Shown here piece by piece: positions 39,518-48,553 of a stretch of DNA of 64,000 nt. Under the pieces are notes generated by a model that saw only the letters and a program-made list of their open reading frames with translations, did not search any database and was not told where the DNA came from. The first letter of the stretch is position 1, and each line of letters begins with the position of its first letter. Made by a program: the position numbers and the translations under genes. The stretch is taken from NCBI GenBank assembly GCA_012514895.1, contig JAAYZK010000249.1, forward strand, positions 24,217-88,216. The letters run 5' to 3'. This DNA is from Planctomycetota bacterium. GTDB lineage: Bacteria; Planctomycetota; Phycisphaerae; SM23-33; FEN-1343.

Positions 39518-40318
39518 ATGAACGACAGCGCCGAAGCCCATCTCAAAAACGCCCTGGTCATGGTCATGGTTGACGGGGAGGTCAGCAGCATCGAGAAGGC
39601 CTACATCCGCACCCTCCGCGACCGGCTCGGCATCGGCGAGGAGGAGTTCCGCGCGCTGTGCGCGGAGGTTCGAGCGGACCGCCGCAGGCTGGAGGTTCCG
39701 CGGGAGGGCGAGGCCGCCGAGCAGGCGCTGCGTCAGCTCGTGGAGGCCGCCGCGGCCGACGACGCGATCGGACAGGCCGAGAAGCGGGTGCTCCAGAAGG
39801 CCGCCCACCACATGGGGCGCAGTGCGGCCGACCTGGAGGCGATGATCATCGACGCCGCCCCGCACACCAACGCGACGGTGGTGGACGACCCGACCGCCGC
39901 GGCGATCGAGCAGGCCGTCGAGGCCATGTACGAAGAGTTCGGCGCCTGGTCCGACGGGCAGCGCCTCGATGCCTGCCGCGACATCGCCGCCCGCGGCGCT
40001 GCGGCGGTGATCCCGCTGCTGCGGGTGCTGGAGAGCTACCGCGCCCCCGAGAACGGCAACGGCCTGCGGATGAAGGAGTTGATCGTCGATCAACTGGTCG
40101 CCCTGGGCGATCCGCGGGTGGTGTACTACCTGGCCCAGCAGGTCTCCCTGGGCGACACCGACGACGAAGTTACCTGCGCCTCCCTCCGCGCCGCGGCGGC
40201 CGAGGCGATCGGCCGTCTGGTCGGCGAACCGTTCACCCGCGATGCCGCCGGCGTCAACGCCTGCCGTCTGTGGTGGCGGGGCAAGGGGATGACGGAGTAC
40301 CAGACGCTGGTGCTGTAG
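39518..40318 (+). CDS. TerB-like N-terminal domain protein with HEAT-like C-terminal repeats
   Basis: LKNALVMVMVDGEVSSIEKAYIRTLRDRLGI and a second AAADDAIGQAEKRVLQKAAHHMG half (TerB-type helical pair). C-terminus AVIPLLRVLES...LVALGDPRVVYYL (HEAT-like). Confidence 0.5.
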   Translation: MNDSAEAHLKNALVMVMVDGEVSSIEKAYIRTLRDRLGIGEEEFRALCAEVRADRRRLEVPREGEAAEQALRQLVEAAAADDAIGQAEKRVLQKAAHHMGRSAADLEAMIIDAAPHTNATVVDDPTAAAIEQAVEAMYEEFGAWSDGQRLDACRDIAARGAAAVIPLLRVLESYRAPENGNGLRMKELIVDQLVALGDPRVVYYLAQQVSLGDTDDEVTCASLRAAAAEAIGRLVGEPFTRDAAGVNACRLWWRGKGMTEYQTLVL

Positions 40319-41567
40319 GGGCGCTGTCCATCCGGTACAGGTGTACGTTGTCGAAGAGGTACACCCCCGGCGGCCAGGAGGCGTAGACCTCCAGGCGGAG
40401 GTAGCGCACGTTCGCGGGCAGTCCGCCGCGCGGGGGGAAAGGGCCGTCATGGCGGCGCCAGGCGGCCGGGTCGGCGCCGGCTTCGGGGCGGCAGGCGAGA
40501 TACCAGCGGTAGACCTCCCGCCGGTGCCGCTCCGGGTGAAGCCGGGCGTCGGCGGCGATCAGCTCTCGGCGGCGGGGCTCCTCCAGGGCCGCGAAGGTCT
40601 CGGCCGTGAGGCCCAGTTCGTGCAGGGCCGCGGCGCCGAGGGCATCGGCGGGCGTGTCGGCGTAGCCTTTGACGAAGATCCTGGGGAAATGGCCGGCGTC
40701 GGCGGGCCCCTGCGCGTCGGCCGTCAGCCAGTACCGACTGCCCGGCCGTGCCTCGATCCAGTCGCCGGCGACGTGGACGCCCTCCAGGCCGGCGACGTTT
40801 CGGTAGGGACTGGCGGCCGGGCCGATCGCCGGCGGGTCGGCCGCGTCTGCCTCCCCGCGGTCCAGGGCGTGCCGCCACGCCCGCCATGCATCGCGGTCGA
40901 GGTGGGTGTTGATCCTCAGGACCTGCCCGCGGCCGTCGCAGTCGATCAGGCGCGTCGCCGCGCCGTCCATGGGGTCCCACCCGTCGGGATGGGGCCGGCC
41001 GGCGTCGAAGGAGCCGTTGGGGTTAAGGGGTTTGCCCAGGGTCCGCGGATCGGGCCGGGCCTCGTCGCCGACCTGCGGCGGCACCCACGCGGGGCGGTCC
41101 AGAATCGCCTCGGCCGCCTGGCGGACGACGACGGGGCGGGCCCGCGCGGTGCTGTCGGTGAACGTCCGGCGCCAGAACGCCCCCGACGCATCCAGGACCA
41201 GCACTTCCAGGCGGATCGCCTCGCCGTCGGCGGCAACGTCGCCCCAGACGGCCGTCGTGGCGGCGATCGGCTCGTCCAGCCACGAGCGGATCCGGTCGGC
41301 GTCGGTGGCGGCGGTGACGGCGAGCCGCTGTGTAAGTGATTGCATGGTAAGGGAATCGATGACTTCCGTTCCCTCCGCCCTCTCGGTGAGTCGCCGGCGG
41401 AGCCGCCGGGCGAGGTCGGCGCCGAGGTCTCCGTCGGCGGGGCAGGCGAAGTCGAATACCGCCACGATCGCCCTTGGCGGCGCCGCACGTGTCGGGGCCG
41501 CCGTATCCGCCCCGCCGGCCAGGACGGCCGCCAGGTGCACTGTCACCAGGATGATCCGCAGTCGCAT
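40254..41567 (-). CDS. Secreted hypothetical protein (signal peptide, TolB-N/LpoB-like N-terminal module, jelly-roll-like C-terminus)
   Basis: MRLRIILVTVHLAAVLAGGADT signal. IVAVFDFACPADGDLGADLARRLRRRL. C-terminal YLRLEVYASWPPGVYLFDNVHLYR. This is the only coding-looking part of track ORF 40254..43298; the rest is antisense to gspE. Confidence 0.6.
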   Translation of the reverse strand: MRLRIILVTVHLAAVLAGGADTAAPTRAAPPRAIVAVFDFACPADGDLGADLARRLRRRLTERAEGTEVIDSLTMQSLTQRLAVTAATDADRIRSWLDEPIAATTAVWGDVAADGEAIRLEVLVLDASGAFWRRTFTDSTARARPVVVRQAAEAILDRPAWVPPQVGDEARPDPRTLGKPLNPNGSFDAGRPHPDGWDPMDGAATRLIDCDGRGQVLRINTHLDRDAWRAWRHALDRGEADAADPPAIGPAASPYRNVAGLEGVHVAGDWIEARPGSRYWLTADAQGPADAGHFPRIFVKGYADTPADALGAAALHELGLTAETFAALEEPRRRELIAADARLHPERHRREVYRWYLACRPEAGADPAAWRRHDGPFPPRGGLPANVRYLRLEVYASWPPGVYLFDNVHLYRMDSAPTAPASGTPSSPCPATTDGRR

Positions 41568-41837
41568 GGTCGCCCATCTCCCGAACGCGCCGGTCCTCCA
41601 GGTATACCGCCGCCGCCGGCCCCTGTCGCGGGGGAATTGTCCGACAAGGCGGTAAACCCCCGCAACCGCATGGGCGATATCCACTTGCACGGACCGTTGT
41701 CGCCCGGCCCTCGCCCGGCCGCCGGCGGGGGGAGGAAATCCGCCGTTTCGGGCGGAACCTGGGGCCGCCGGCGGTGTTTCAAGGTCATGGGGCGACGGGC
41801 GGGGGGCGCGGTATCTTCGGACCTGGAGTGGTGTTCC

Positions 41838-43508
41838 ATGGGCATGGGCGAGACATTGGTGGCCAAGGGCGTGATTACGGAAGCCCAGTTGGCCGAAGCG
41901 AATGCGCGTCGGGAGTCGACCGGCCAGCGGCTCGACCGCGCGCTGGTCGACGTCGGGGCCGTCACGTCCGACGCCCTGCTGGCGGCGATGGGGGAGATCC
42001 TCCACTTGCCGGTGATCGACCTGGACGCGGTGACCGTCGACGTCGACGTCCTCCGCGTCATCCCCTCCAAGATGGCCTACCGCAAGCGCCTCGTCCCCGT
42101 CGACCGCGCCAACGGCGTGCTCCGGGTGGCCACCTGCGACCCGTTCGACCTGTACGCCTTCGACGAATTGCGGCTGATCACCGGCCTGCAGGTCGAGCCG
42201 GTGCTCGCGGCGGCCGAGGAGATCGACAAGTTCCTCAAGGCCCATTACGGCCTGGGGGGCGAGACGATCGACGAGCTGATGGGGTCCAAGGATCTCGAGG
42301 TCGTCTCGGCCGAGTCGGGCGAGAATGAAGACCTGATGGAGATGGCCCAGGAGGCCTCGGTCATCAAGCTGGTCAACGAGGTCTTCCTGGAGGCTCTCAA
42401 CCAGCGGGCCAGCGACATCCACATCGAGCCCTACGAGCACGAACTGATCGTCCGCTTCCGCGTGGACGGGGTGCTGCACGAGGCGGCCATGCCCCCGCAG
42501 ATCCAGCGGTTCCAGGCCGCCATCATCAGCCGCATCAAGATCCTGGCGAACCTCAACATCGCCGAGAAGCGCCTGCCCCAGGACGGGCGGATCAAGATCA
42601 TGGCCGGCGGGCGGCAGATCGACATCCGCGTGTCGATCATCCCGATGCTCTTCGGCGAGGGCGTCGTCATGCGCCTGCTGGACAAGTCCACGGTGCTGTA
42701 CACCCTGCCCCAACTGGGCATGAGCGAGCGGGACTTCAACCTCTTCAACCACCTGATCACCCGCCCGCACGGGATCCTCCTGGTCACCGGCCCGACCGGC
42801 AGCGGCAAGACCACCACGCTGTACGCGGCCCTGTCGGCAATCGTCTCCAAGGAGATCAAGGTGCTGACGGTCGAGGACCCGGTGGAATACCACCTCGACG
42901 GGGTCAACCAGATCCAGGTGCAGCCGAAGATCGAGTTCACCTTCGCCCGCGGGCTGCGGGCGATCCTCCGCCACGACCCCGACGTGGCGATGATCGGCGA
43001 GATCCGCGACCTGGAGACCGCCGAGGCGGCCGTCCAGGCGGCCCTGACCGGCCACCTGGTGTTCTCCACCCTGCACACCAACGACGCCTGCTCGGCGCCC
43101 ACCCGCCTGCTGGACATGGGCATCGAGCCGTTCCTGATCACCAGCACGCTGGAGGCCGCCATGGCCCAGCGCCTGGTGCGGACGATCTGCCCCAGGTGCA
43201 AGGAGGTCTACCAGCCCGACATCGACCGCCTCCCGGCCGACTTCGCCATCGAGGCCGGCCAGACGCTCTGGCGCGGGGCCGGCTGCAAGCACTGCCACGG
43301 CACGGGCTACTACGGGCGGACGGGCATCTACGAACTGATGGTGATGAGCCAGAAGATCCGCGACCGGATCATGACCCGCGCCGCCGTCAACGACATCGTC
43401 TCGGCCGCCCGCGACAACGGCATGCGCCTGCTCCGCGAGGACGGCTGGAACAAGGTCCGCGCGGGGATCACCACCCCCGAGGAAGTCATGCGCGTCTCGA
43501 AAGGATAG
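41838..43508 (+). CDS. gspE: GspE/PilB-family type II secretion / type IV pilus assembly ATPase
   Basis: N-terminal T2SSE_N domain (GVITEAQLAEANARRESTGQRLDRALVDVGAV). Walker A GPTGSGKTTTLYA, GEIRDLETA, and a tetracysteine CPRCK...CKHCHGTGY. Confidence 0.92.
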   Translation: MGMGETLVAKGVITEAQLAEANARRESTGQRLDRALVDVGAVTSDALLAAMGEILHLPVIDLDAVTVDVDVLRVIPSKMAYRKRLVPVDRANGVLRVATCDPFDLYAFDELRLITGLQVEPVLAAAEEIDKFLKAHYGLGGETIDELMGSKDLEVVSAESGENEDLMEMAQEASVIKLVNEVFLEALNQRASDIHIEPYEHELIVRFRVDGVLHEAAMPPQIQRFQAAIISRIKILANLNIAEKRLPQDGRIKIMAGGRQIDIRVSIIPMLFGEGVVMRLLDKSTVLYTLPQLGMSERDFNLFNHLITRPHGILLVTGPTGSGKTTTLYAALSAIVSKEIKVLTVEDPVEYHLDGVNQIQVQPKIEFTFARGLRAILRHDPDVAMIGEIRDLETAEAAVQAALTGHLVFSTLHTNDACSAPTRLLDMGIEPFLITSTLEAAMAQRLVRTICPRCKEVYQPDIDRLPADFAIEAGQTLWRGAGCKHCHGTGYYGRTGIYELMVMSQKIRDRIMTRAAVNDIVSAARDNGMRLLREDGWNKVRAGITTPEEVMRVSKG

Positions 43509-43513
43509 GACGC

Positions 43514-44704
43514 TTGCCCACGTTCGTCTACACAGCCCGGAAGCGCAGCGGCGAGCAGGTCGAAGGCCTCATGCAGGCCGACAGCGAAGCCGCCGTCGTG
43601 CGCGCGCTGGACGAGCAGGCGATGGTCCCCGTGCGGATCGTCCCCCAGCAGGCCCCCGGGCGGCGGCGGGGCGGGAAGGTGAGGCTTCGCGAGGTCGGTG
43701 TGATCTACAGCCAGCTCGGGGACCTGCTGGGCGCCGGCGTGCCGATGATGCGGGCGCTGACGATCCTGGCTCGCGTGGGCCTGTCCGACCGGGCCGCCCG
43801 GATCATGGTGGAGGTGCGCGAGAACGTCGCCGCCGGCGAGACGCTGGCCGACGCCATGGACAGGCACCCGGAGGTCTTCAGCGGCCTGCACACCGCCGTC
43901 ATCCGCGCCGGCGAGCGGGCGGGGTTTCTCGAAGACGCCCTGCACAGCCTGGCCGGTTACATCGAACGCCAGGACGAACTGAGCGGCAAGGTCCGCGGCG
44001 CGATGATCTACCCGACGGTGCTGACCGTGGCCGGGGCCGCCATCGTCACGTTCCTGCTGGTCTGGCTGGTGCCCCGGTTCGAGGGAATGTTCGAGGGCAT
44101 GGAAGTGCCCCTGCCCACGAGGGTCCTGTTCGCCCTCAGCGGGCTGCTGCGCCACCACCTGCTGCTGGTGGTGGGGGGGTTGGTCCTGGCGGCCGTCAGC
44201 CTGCGGTCGCTGCTGGGCAGCCGGACCGGGCGGCTGCTGTGGGAGACCTGGCGCCTCAAGCTGCCGGTCCTGGGCAGGACGCTGCAGATGGTGGGCGTCA
44301 CGCGGTTCTGCCGCGTGCTGGGCACGATGCTGGCCAACGGCGTGCCGATCCTTCAGGCCCTGGCCATCGCCAAGGACGCCACCGGTTCGGCGATCATGGC
44401 CGCCAGCATCGAGCAGGCGGCCGAGAACGTCCGCGCCGGCGACGCGCTGGCCGAGCCGCTGGACCGCAGCGGGCTGTTCCCCCCGGAGATCGTCGAGATG
44501 ATCGCCGTCGGCGAGGAGTCCAACCAGTTGGAGACCGTGCTGGTGCGGACGGCCGACACGGTGGACCGGCGGACGGCGCGGCTGGTGGACCAGGCGGTGA
44601 GGCTCATGGAGCCGGTCATCCTGATCCTGCTGGCGGCCCTGGTGGGCTTCATCGCCATGGGCCTGCTGTACCCGGTGTTCATGATGAGTCAGACGCTGCA
44701 GTAG
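43514..44704 (+). CDS. gspF: GspF/PilC-family inner-membrane platform protein
   Basis: TTG start 6 nt after the gspE stop. (L)PTFVYTARKRSGEQVEGLMQADSEAAVVRALDEQAMVPVRI and two T2SSF repeats (LGDLLGAGVPMMRALTIL; LGTMLANGVPILQALAI). Confidence 0.88.
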   Translation: MPTFVYTARKRSGEQVEGLMQADSEAAVVRALDEQAMVPVRIVPQQAPGRRRGGKVRLREVGVIYSQLGDLLGAGVPMMRALTILARVGLSDRAARIMVEVRENVAAGETLADAMDRHPEVFSGLHTAVIRAGERAGFLEDALHSLAGYIERQDELSGKVRGAMIYPTVLTVAGAAIVTFLLVWLVPRFEGMFEGMEVPLPTRVLFALSGLLRHHLLLVVGGLVLAAVSLRSLLGSRTGRLLWETWRLKLPVLGRTLQMVGVTRFCRVLGTMLANGVPILQALAIAKDATGSAIMAASIEQAAENVRAGDALAEPLDRSGLFPPEIVEMIAVGEESNQLETVLVRTADTVDRRTARLVDQAVRLMEPVILILLAALVGFIAMGLLYPVFMMSQTLQ

Positions 44705-44781
44705 CGGCGAGTTCTTACAGGTCCGCCGGCGGTCGGATCCCCGGCGGGCGGGAGTGCCAGATGCTCATGCAGGAGATCGCA

Positions 44782-45252
44782 ATGAACAAGACGCGGAACC
44801 GACGCTCGGCGGGCTTCACGCTGCTGGAAATCATGCTCGTGCTGCTCATTCTGACCATGCTGGCCGGCGGCGCCGTCGTGGGCGTGGTGAAGTACCAGGC
44901 CAGGGCCGAGCGGGACACTACCCTGCTCACCGTCACCAGGATCGAGGAAGCCGTGAACCAGTACCGTCTGGCCGTCGGCGCCTTCCCCGACGAAGACGAG
45001 GGACTCCAGATGCTGATCGCGCCTCCCTCGGACGAGGTCCAGGCCGAGCGGTGGCAGAACGGCGGCCCGTTCGTCGTCGGCGGCAAGCTGCCCAAGGACG
45101 CATGGGGCCGCGATCTGCTCTACAAGGTGACGGATGAGGACGAGGCCAACACCACGGGCCTGTACTTCCGCGTCTATTCCCCCGGCCCCAACGGCGAGGA
45201 CGACAGTGGCACCGGCGATGACATCCCGGCCTGGGCCGAGGATGAGGACTAG
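44782..45252 (+). CDS. gspG: GspG-like major pseudopilin
   Basis: Prepilin N-terminus NRRSAGFTLLEIMLVLLILTMLAG. GspG core LPKDAWGRDLLY...YSPGPNGEDD. AGGAG lies 6 nt upstream of ATG 44782. Confidence 0.85.
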   Translation: MNKTRNRRSAGFTLLEIMLVLLILTMLAGGAVVGVVKYQARAERDTTLLTVTRIEEAVNQYRLAVGAFPDEDEGLQMLIAPPSDEVQAERWQNGGPFVVGGKLPKDAWGRDLLYKVTDEDEANTTGLYFRVYSPGPNGEDDSGTGDDIPAWAEDED

Positions 45253-45847
45253 GCACGGCACTTCCGGCGGCTTCACGCTGCTGGAGGTCCTGCTGGCGAT
45301 GATCCTGCTGGTCCTGCTGGCCGGGGCGGCCGTGTTCGCGTTCTCCGGCTGGCAGACCAGGGCGGCGCTCAACGAGGGCGCCGAACGCTTCGCCGTCGCT
45401 CTTCGGGCCGCGCGGCTTGATGCGGCGCGGCTGGGGCGGCGGCTGCGGATCGCCCCGGACCCCGCGGGCGATGCCAGCGGGACCGGTGCGCCGTTCGTGC
45501 TGACGTGGGAGCCCCGGCCGCTTGAAGCGCCGGGCGAATTCGTTCCCTACGAAGGGCTGTCGGCGGCCCTGCGGCGGGGCGACGATCTCGTCCGCGTTCG
45601 CCGCTGCCGTCTGACAGGCGACGCGGCGTACGGCATCGTCTGGCTGGGCGAGGGCACCGAGACGGACCTGGCGCCGGTGACGTTCTACCCGGACGGCTCG
45701 GGCGACTCGGCCCAGATCGTCCTGGTCAGCGCGGCCGGCGACGACGCCCGGGCGGCCGTGCTGGACGTCGACGGGCTGACCGGCGACGTGACGGTGGACG
45801 TGATGAGCGCCGAGCGGTTCGCCCGGTGGTGGGATGAGCATCCATGA
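45242..45847 (+). CDS. Minor pseudopilin (GspH-like)
   Basis: GGFTLLEVLLAMILLVLLAGAAV prepilin-type N-terminus. Overlaps the gspG 3' end by 11 nt. Confidence 0.6.
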   Translation: MRTRHGTSGGFTLLEVLLAMILLVLLAGAAVFAFSGWQTRAALNEGAERFAVALRAARLDAARLGRRLRIAPDPAGDASGTGAPFVLTWEPRPLEAPGEFVPYEGLSAALRRGDDLVRVRRCRLTGDAAYGIVWLGEGTETDLAPVTFYPDGSGDSAQIVLVSAAGDDARAAVLDVDGLTGDVTVDVMSAERFARWWDEHP

Positions 45848-46245
45848 CCCGATCGCCGCGGACAACCCGACGGACGGCCGGAGTGATCCTCCTGGAGGTC
45901 GTCCTGTCCCTGGCGCTGTTCGCGGCTACCGTGACGACGGTGGCGGCGGCGCTGGGCCGCTGCCATGCGTCGGCCGGCCGCGTGGAACTTCGCGGGCGGG
46001 CCGCCGATCTGGCGGTGACGCTGCGGAGCGAGATCCTGCTGGGGCTGATCGAGCCGGCGCCGACGGATCCGACGGCGTACGAAGATGAACGCCTGGAAGG
46101 CTGGACGTGGCAGTTGGGCGTCGAGACGCTGGAAGAGATCGAACAGACCCTGCGGGTCGTGGCGACCGTCCGTCACGAACCCACCGGCGTCATGAGCCGC
46201 CTGGCCTGGCTGATGGATGATCCCGCCGGCGAGGCGGAACCGTGA
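45844..46245 (+). CDS. Minor pseudopilin (GspI-like)
   Basis: TAGVILLEVVLSLALFAATV N-terminus; about 130 aa; ATGA overlap with the preceding gene. Confidence 0.55.
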   Translation: MTRSPRTTRRTAGVILLEVVLSLALFAATVTTVAAALGRCHASAGRVELRGRAADLAVTLRSEILLGLIEPAPTDPTAYEDERLEGWTWQLGVETLEEIEQTLRVVATVRHEPTGVMSRLAWLMDDPAGEAEP

Positions 46246-46330
46246 GAGCCGGGCGTTGGGACCGGGTGTGTGTGTTCGGCCGCGGCTTGACGCTCGAGCG
46301 GAGATGGCGGGTAGCGTTCCGGTGGAAGCG

Positions 46331-47032
46331 ATGAAGACGACCAACCGCAAGGCATTCACGCTGCTGGAGGTCATCCTGGCGATCAGCCTGGTGCTGGGCG
46401 TCATGGCGGCGGCCTTCCGGTTCTTCCAGTACGTGGCCGCGACGCGCGAGGCGATCGGCGAGCACATGCGGCTGCAGCGGACGGTCCGCGGGGTGATGGA
46501 TCGCCTGACGGTCGAACTGAATGCTGCGATCGGCCGCCCGATGATGGAGGACCGCGTGCTGTGGCTGTCGGACACGCTGGCCTTCCAGACCACCGTGGTG
46601 CCGGGTGCGGCGGCGTGGGCCGATCCGGGACTCGCCGGCGCGCCCGTCCCGCCGGTGCACGACGTCGTCCTGGTCAGCTATGCCCTCCGCACCGGCGAAG
46701 ACGACGCCGGCGGGCAGGTGATCGAGGGGCTGGAACGGACGGCCCTGACGGCGCCGCCGCTGGCGCCGGCCGACGAGACGCCGGCGTTCCAGTCGTCGGT
46801 GCTGCTGGCCGATTGCGTCCGGTTCGTCCGCTTCCGTTACTGGGCGGGCCGCGATGCCGGGGGCATCACCGACGACGGCTGGGTGACCGAATGGACGCAG
46901 ACGGCCGCACCGGCGGCCGTGGAGATCACCCTGGGCCGCGAAGCCCTGCCCGAGGGCATGGACGCCGAGGAGTACCTGGACCGCTACGAGACCTTCCGGC
47001 GGGTCGTGGATGTGCCCGCCGGGCGGGAGTGA
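46331..47032 (+). CDS. Minor pseudopilin (GspJ-like)
   Basis: NRKAFTLLEVILAISLVLGVMAAAF prepilin-type N-terminus; about 230 aa. ATG 46304 is an alternative start. Confidence 0.55.
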   Translation: MKTTNRKAFTLLEVILAISLVLGVMAAAFRFFQYVAATREAIGEHMRLQRTVRGVMDRLTVELNAAIGRPMMEDRVLWLSDTLAFQTTVVPGAAAWADPGLAGAPVPPVHDVVLVSYALRTGEDDAGGQVIEGLERTALTAPPLAPADETPAFQSSVLLADCVRFVRFRYWAGRDAGGITDDGWVTEWTQTAAPAAVEITLGREALPEGMDAEEYLDRYETFRRVVDVPAGRE

Positions 47033-47037
47033 CGCCC

Positions 47038-48540
47038 ATGCGCAAGCGCGGATCGGCACGGACGACGGGCTGTCGGCGGGGACGCGCCGCGGCCGCGCGC
47101 CGGTCGGGGCTGATCCTCTACGCCGTGCTGGTGATCCTGGCGATGGTCTCGCTGGTCGCCGTCAGCCTGATGTTCCGCGTCCAGGCCGACCTCCAGGCCG
47201 CCACCGCCGGCCAGGCCGCCGGCCAGGCCTACCTGGCGGCGCTGAGCGGCATCCAGCGGGCGGTCCTCGTGCTGCGGACCGGGCCGGACGACCCCGAGGC
47301 GCTGCGGGACAACGAGGCGATGTTCCGCGATCAACTCGTCTGCGACGACGGCGCCGAACAGTGGTACTTCACCGTCTACGCCTACAACGACCAGGACCCC
47401 GGCATCGTCCGCTACGGGATTACCGACGAGGCGACGCGGATCAACGTCAACAACCGGCCCCGCGAAAACCGCGCCACCCTGGCGGCTCTGCCGGGCATGA
47501 CCGACGAGCTGATCGACGCCCTGATCGACTATGTCGATCCCGACGACATGCCCGAAGCCCAGGGCGCCGAGGCCCAGTCCTACGCGCGGCTGGATCACCC
47601 GTACCTCATCGCCAACGCCGACCTGACGACGCTGGGCGAGCTGCTGCTGGTCCGCGGGTTCGACGCGCCGGTGGTGTACGGCGAGGACGCCAACCGCAAC
47701 GGCCTGCTGGACCCCAACGAGAACGACGGGGACATCACCTTCCCCCCCGACAACACCGACGGCGTCCTCGACCGCGGCCTGGCCGGATTCGTGACCACCG
47801 TGACGCGCGAGCCCGACGTCGACGGCGAGGGGAACCCGAGGATCAACCTCAACGGCGACCCCGAATCGCTGCAGAACGCCGGACTGCCTGATCAGGCACT
47901 GACCTTCATCGCCCGCTACCGGATGGAGGGCCACCAGTTCAACGACCCCAGCGAACTGCTGGGCGAGGAGGCGGGCATCGGTCCCGGGCAGATCGCCGAC
48001 ATCCTCGACCGGTTCACAGCGTTCCCCACCGGCGACCTGACGGCGATCCTCGGCCCCCCAGCCGGCGGGCGCGGCATGTCCGTCGAACGGTTCGACCCCT
48101 TCGAACTGGACGGCCTCGCCCCCGAGAGCCCGGCGCCGTCGTCGAGGCCCGCGCAGGCCAACCCCCCCCGCGCCGGGCGCGTCAACGTCAACACGGCGCC
48201 GGTCGAGGTGCTCGCGATGGTGGGCGACATGGGCGAACAGGCCGCCCGGCGGATCGTCGAGCACCGCACGCTGCTGGAGGCCGACCAGGCGCGGACGCCC
48301 GCGTGGCTGCTGACCGAGGAGCTGGTCGACGAGGAACTGTTCAAACGGATCGCCCCGATCCTCACCACGCGGAGCTACCAGTATCGCGTGCAGGCGGTCG
48401 GGTACGGGCTGCCCTCGGGGCGGTTCTGCGTGCTGGAGGCGGTGATCGACCTGGAGTCGGGCCGCCCGCGGGTGATGCATCTTCGTCAACTGACGCGGCT
48501 CGGCGCGCCGTTCGCGCTGACCGGGCCGCCGCAGCGGTAG
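47038..48540 (+). CDS. GspK-like minor pseudopilin
   Basis: TM helix GLILYAVLVILAMVSLVAVSL. ITDEATRINVNN..., then RVNVNTAPVEVLAMVGDMGEQAARRIVEHR (helix-hairpin-helix typical of GspK). Confidence 0.6.
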   Translation: MRKRGSARTTGCRRGRAAAARRSGLILYAVLVILAMVSLVAVSLMFRVQADLQAATAGQAAGQAYLAALSGIQRAVLVLRTGPDDPEALRDNEAMFRDQLVCDDGAEQWYFTVYAYNDQDPGIVRYGITDEATRINVNNRPRENRATLAALPGMTDELIDALIDYVDPDDMPEAQGAEAQSYARLDHPYLIANADLTTLGELLLVRGFDAPVVYGEDANRNGLLDPNENDGDITFPPDNTDGVLDRGLAGFVTTVTREPDVDGEGNPRINLNGDPESLQNAGLPDQALTFIARYRMEGHQFNDPSELLGEEAGIGPGQIADILDRFTAFPTGDLTAILGPPAGGRGMSVERFDPFELDGLAPESPAPSSRPAQANPPRAGRVNVNTAPVEVLAMVGDMGEQAARRIVEHRTLLEADQARTPAWLLTEELVDEELFKRIAPILTTRSYQYRVQAVGYGLPSGRFCVLEAVIDLESGRPRVMHLRQLTRLGAPFALTGPPQR

Positions 48541-48553
48541 TGAGAGCGCGACT

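Noticed and set aside
41925-41996. Possible MshEN-type c-di-GMP binding motif in the GspE N-terminal domain (QRLDRALVDVGAVTSDALLAAMGE)
   Set aside because: It matches the hydrophobic spacing, but the conserved Gly (position 3) and terminal Gln of the published 24-residue motif are replaced. That is too degenerate to claim c-di-GMP binding or a link to the PilZ pair.
40254-43298. Track ORF of 1014 aa on the minus strand treated as one gene
   Set aside because: Only the 3' 437 codons (from ATG 41567, with a signal peptide) look coding. The upstream part is antisense to gspE and crosses a 270-bp intergenic region.
46266-46275. (GT)5 dinucleotide run in the gspI-gspJ intergenic spacer
   Set aside because: Five units is too short to argue for phase variation, and it is not positioned in a promoter spacer or coding frame that I can define.
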